A stretch of DNA of 64,000 bases from an uncultured bacterium. GTDB lineage: Bacteria > Bacteroidota > Bacteroidia > CAILMK01. The position numbers were made by a program, and so were the translations under genes. Below the pieces are notes generated by a model that was given only the letters and a program-made list of their open reading frames with translations, did not search any database and was not told the DNA's origin. This document shows positions 61,008 to 64,000 of this stretch, piece by piece (positions within the stretch are counted from its first letter, which is position 1; every line of letters starts with the position of its first letter). Where the stretch lies: contig CAIKRV010000078.1 of NCBI GenBank assembly GCA_903829945.1, forward strand, positions 38,077 through 102,076, given 5' to 3'.

Positions 61008-61445
61008 TTATAACTTCTTTTGCATAATTCTGTGTGGCAGCCCCACTTCTATAAATGGGGTTCCCGTAATTTGATAATTAAGGCGCAGGTAAAAGGGAAC
61101 AGCGCTTTCTCTGGCATGAAGTAGTATTTCTGAATAACCGTGTTCTTTTGCAAATTCCTCTGAATAATAAACTAAGGTTTTACCTATTCCTTTACCCTGA
61201 AATCCTTCGCTTACAGCTACCTGCCTCATTTTAATTTGATTATCATTTATTTGACTTAATATTAAGCAAGCAATTATTTCGTTATTTAGAATTGCAACTA
61301 AATGATAATCATTAGTTTCATTAATAAGCTGGCTATAGGTATAATCGAGTTTTAAAGGAAGCCTTAGGACTTTGTATCGTAAGGCAACTGTGGACCAATA
61401 GTTTTCACTACCATGGCTTAAGGATTTGCATAAAATATCAAGCAT
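61008..61445 (-). CDS. GNAT family N-acetyltransferase
   Basis: LRYKVLR, MRQVAV, QGKGIG, LHARESAVPFY. Confidence 0.93.
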   Translation of the reverse strand: MLDILCKSLSHGSENYWSTVALRYKVLRLPLKLDYTYSQLINETNDYHLVAILNNEIIACLILSQINDNQIKMRQVAVSEGFQGKGIGKTLVYYSEEFAKEHGYSEILLHARESAVPFYLRLNYQITGTPFIEVGLPHRIMQKKL

Positions 61446-61448
61446 AAT

Positions 61449-61883
61449 TCAGGCTTTAGCGCAATTTTTACAGATTCCTTGGATTAAAACATTTGTTTCC
61501 TTAAAAACATATCCTTCGGGTTCTTTAAAATTAGGGAAAGGTAATTCATCCAAACAGTGTGTTGTGCCACAAACATTACATTTAAAATGTATATGTTGAT
61601 CATGGTGTGCTTGGGTGGTAGCTGCATGTAAACAAACAGCATATCGGGCCGCCCCTTCATCATCAGGCACTTTATGGATTAAGCCTTTGCCTAAAAAACT
61701 AGTAAGTGTTCGATAAAGAGTTACTCTATCAAATTCTTCTCCCAAACTTTTTTCCAAATCCGGTTGCGATAAAGCAAAATCATGGTCGAGAAATATCTTT
61801 AATGCTTGAACCCTAGAAGAGGTTACACGCAAATTGTGTTCCTGTAATAAGTGTTCTGCTTTTTGTGTTGATATAATGGTCAT
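61449..61883 (-). CDS. Fur-family transcriptional regulator (Fur/Zur-like)
   Basis: LRVTSSR, DRVTLYRTL, HHDQHIHF, CNVC and CKNC zinc sites. Confidence 0.93.
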   Translation of the reverse strand: MTIISTQKAEHLLQEHNLRVTSSRVQALKIFLDHDFALSQPDLEKSLGEEFDRVTLYRTLTSFLGKGLIHKVPDDEGAARYAVCLHAATTQAHHDQHIHFKCNVCGTTHCLDELPFPNFKEPEGYVFKETNVLIQGICKNCAKA

Positions 61884-62050
61884 AATTCAATACAAATATA
61901 CAAGTGAAATATTCTTCTGGCGTTATGAAAAAGTAGTAAATTGGTTAAAATTGACAAAAATCATGATTTTTAGGGGTAAGATGCTATTGAAAACCCCCTA
62001 TAAAGGTCTATATTGTTTTGAACTTTAATTTTAAATTAAAAATATGGTCT

Positions 62051-62058
62051 TACTTTTG
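62051..62058 (+). promoter_or_regulatory. Bacteroidetes -7 promoter element
   Basis: TACTTTTG 10-16 nt before ATG 62069/62075. Confidence 0.6.
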
Positions 62059-62068
62059 TATCAAAGCA

Positions 62069-64000
62069 ATGAATATGAAACATATACTTATACATTTAAC
62101 CCTTTTTGTTTTTGCAATTTACAAGCTTGAAGCCCAACAAAATATTCAAAATGTTTTGGACCAAATAAAGTCGCCTGATACTAAAGATGAATTTGCTTAC
62201 TTTGCAGACAAACCTTCACAAGTTAGTAACTCACATTTTGGTGCAGCATTAAATTATTTAAATCAACTAAAACACTTCATATAACTTTACCTACACAACT
62301 TGTAAATAATAAGAGTTTACCTGATACCATTATTGTTGGGATTGCGCCTTTCGATACTTTAAATATTACTAGTAGCTTTACACATAAAGGACCAATAATT
62401 ATAGTTCGAAATGGTGTGCTCAATATTAAAGATGCAATTTTTACTAATGTTGGGGATTTGTATGTTTTGCAAAATGGTCAGGTGAATTGTGATTCATCGC
62501 AATTAAACTTTCCTCAGAGTTATTTTTATCAAAGAGGTTTAATCCTGGTCAATCATGCTAAGGTAAGTATACATAACAGCAAACTAAGTTATGGTGGTTA
62601 CACTCATATTTGTAATGTAAGCGATTCGGCACAATTGTTTTTTGAAAATGTAACGCAACCTGATTTTATGACTACCGGACTAAGTAAATATGGTCAAATA
62701 AGTATTAATGGAACTAATCAAGCAGGTGAATTTATTATCCAAGATCAAGTTAAATTATCCCTTAAAAACGCATCTAATGCATTGCTTTGGCATCATTTTC
62801 CAGATACTTCTGTAATAACTTGGAGTTTTGGCACAAAAGACACAGTTTATAATTATCAATTTAATAAATTTCAAAAAGGAATTAAAGGAATTGAATACCA
62901 GATATTCGCAGATTCAGTCTATAAAATTATGTGGGGAATGATGCCATCTGCAGGTTCAAAAATCAAAATTTCTAATTCCAATATTCGAACAGTTGGACTT
63001 TGGTTTGATCATTCTCAAGATACTACCTATGTTAGTGGAATTACCAATAATACTTACTATTCCTCTTACACACTTCCGTTAAAGGATCGATCACTCACTT
63101 TATCAAATTGTAATGTGCAAACTTGGAGTTTATATGCGTTTAAAAAATCGAGAATTAATGTAAGTGGTTGTATTGTTGGAGAAATTGGAACATATAACAG
63201 TTCCAGTTTGGTGGGTAGTTCTTTCTGGAATGATGGTTCCGGCGGGTATTTGTATGCCTCTGATTCCGCCTTGAATTATTCAGTTTTTACTACAGCTTCC
63301 TCGGCAGTTCGAAGTGAAAAAAATAGCATATTTGTTTTTGGATATTCAACAATTGGATCTTTTGGATATGCTGCTGCTTTGGATCAATCCCTCTTAGTGG
63401 TTATTCAAAGTTCTATTCCTTCTGATCCTACTGTTTTTGGGGCTGCTGCTGTTGTTTACAACTATTTAAACCCATTATCTTTACCTTATGTGGATACGAT
63501 GGTAGAAGTAAGTGGTTCAGCTTGGATACATCGTGGGCCGACAAGTGTTTGGATGCATTTTAAAAATAAGCAATTATTTTACCAAGCACCAAATGATACT
63601 GCCTGGAATGCTATTGCTCCTGCAGATACTATACCAGTTTCAAATCAAACTATTGCTAATTGGAATACCCATTTATTGACACCCGGTTTATATAATTTGC
63701 GTTTAAGGATTACGGATAATTGGGGGAATAAAACAGATGCTACACGTCAGGTTAATTTACTTTCCGGATTATTGACTGCGGTACAAAGCACTGAGAATCC
63801 ATTCCGGTTCAATATTTATCCTGTTCCTGCAAATGATGTGTTAAATATTCAGTTTATTGATAAAAAAGATGAAACAATTCTGCTAAAGATATATGATTTG
63901 AATGGCAAGGAATTAATGGCTCAGGAATATAAATTTACTTTAGGATTACAAGGTATCCAATTCAATATTAGTGCATTCCAAAGTGGGACCTATTTGTTAA
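62069..64000 (+). pseudogene. T9SS-secreted beta-rich protein split by a -1 frameshift near 62257-62281; 3' end runs off the window
   Basis: Signal-peptide ORF stops at 62284. The -1 frame is open from 62230 to the window end and finishes in NIYPVPANDVLNI...IYDLNGKEL...SGTYLL (T9SS CTD). Confidence 0.75.

Overview
AT-rich chromosomal segment of a Bacteroidota (Bacteroidetes) bacterium, judged from TAnnTTTG promoters, T9SS C-terminal sorting domains, the bat operon and the MurF-Alr fusion. It is mostly housekeeping: recA, nth, ispG, batABCDE, tag, aconitase, msrB, lnt, rsmI, murF-alr, recX, a Lol-type permease, pgi/pmi and a Fur-family regulator. It also carries a TolC-RND-MFP efflux operon with a leader ORF, a phosphate-uptake cluster (porin-pstS, then DUF47-pit-pstS2-pstCAB-phoU) with two 11-bp-phased TAACA arrays, and a LiaF-like/LytS/LytTR module preceded by an unannotated 40-aa coupled ORF. 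The most striking locus is a 12.2-kb gene for a 4069-aa Tyr/Asn/Ser/Thr/Gly-rich T9SS surface protein with six ~555-aa beta-helix(+Ig) modules. It is preceded by a ~420-nt putative leader that folds by eye into several multibranch junctions with CA-repeat loops, and followed by tandem terminator hairpins. The last gene (another T9SS cargo) is split by a -1 frameshift and runs off the window. No rRNA, tRNA, CRISPR array, transposase, integrase or reverse transcriptase was recognised. All family calls come from motif recognition, not database searches.
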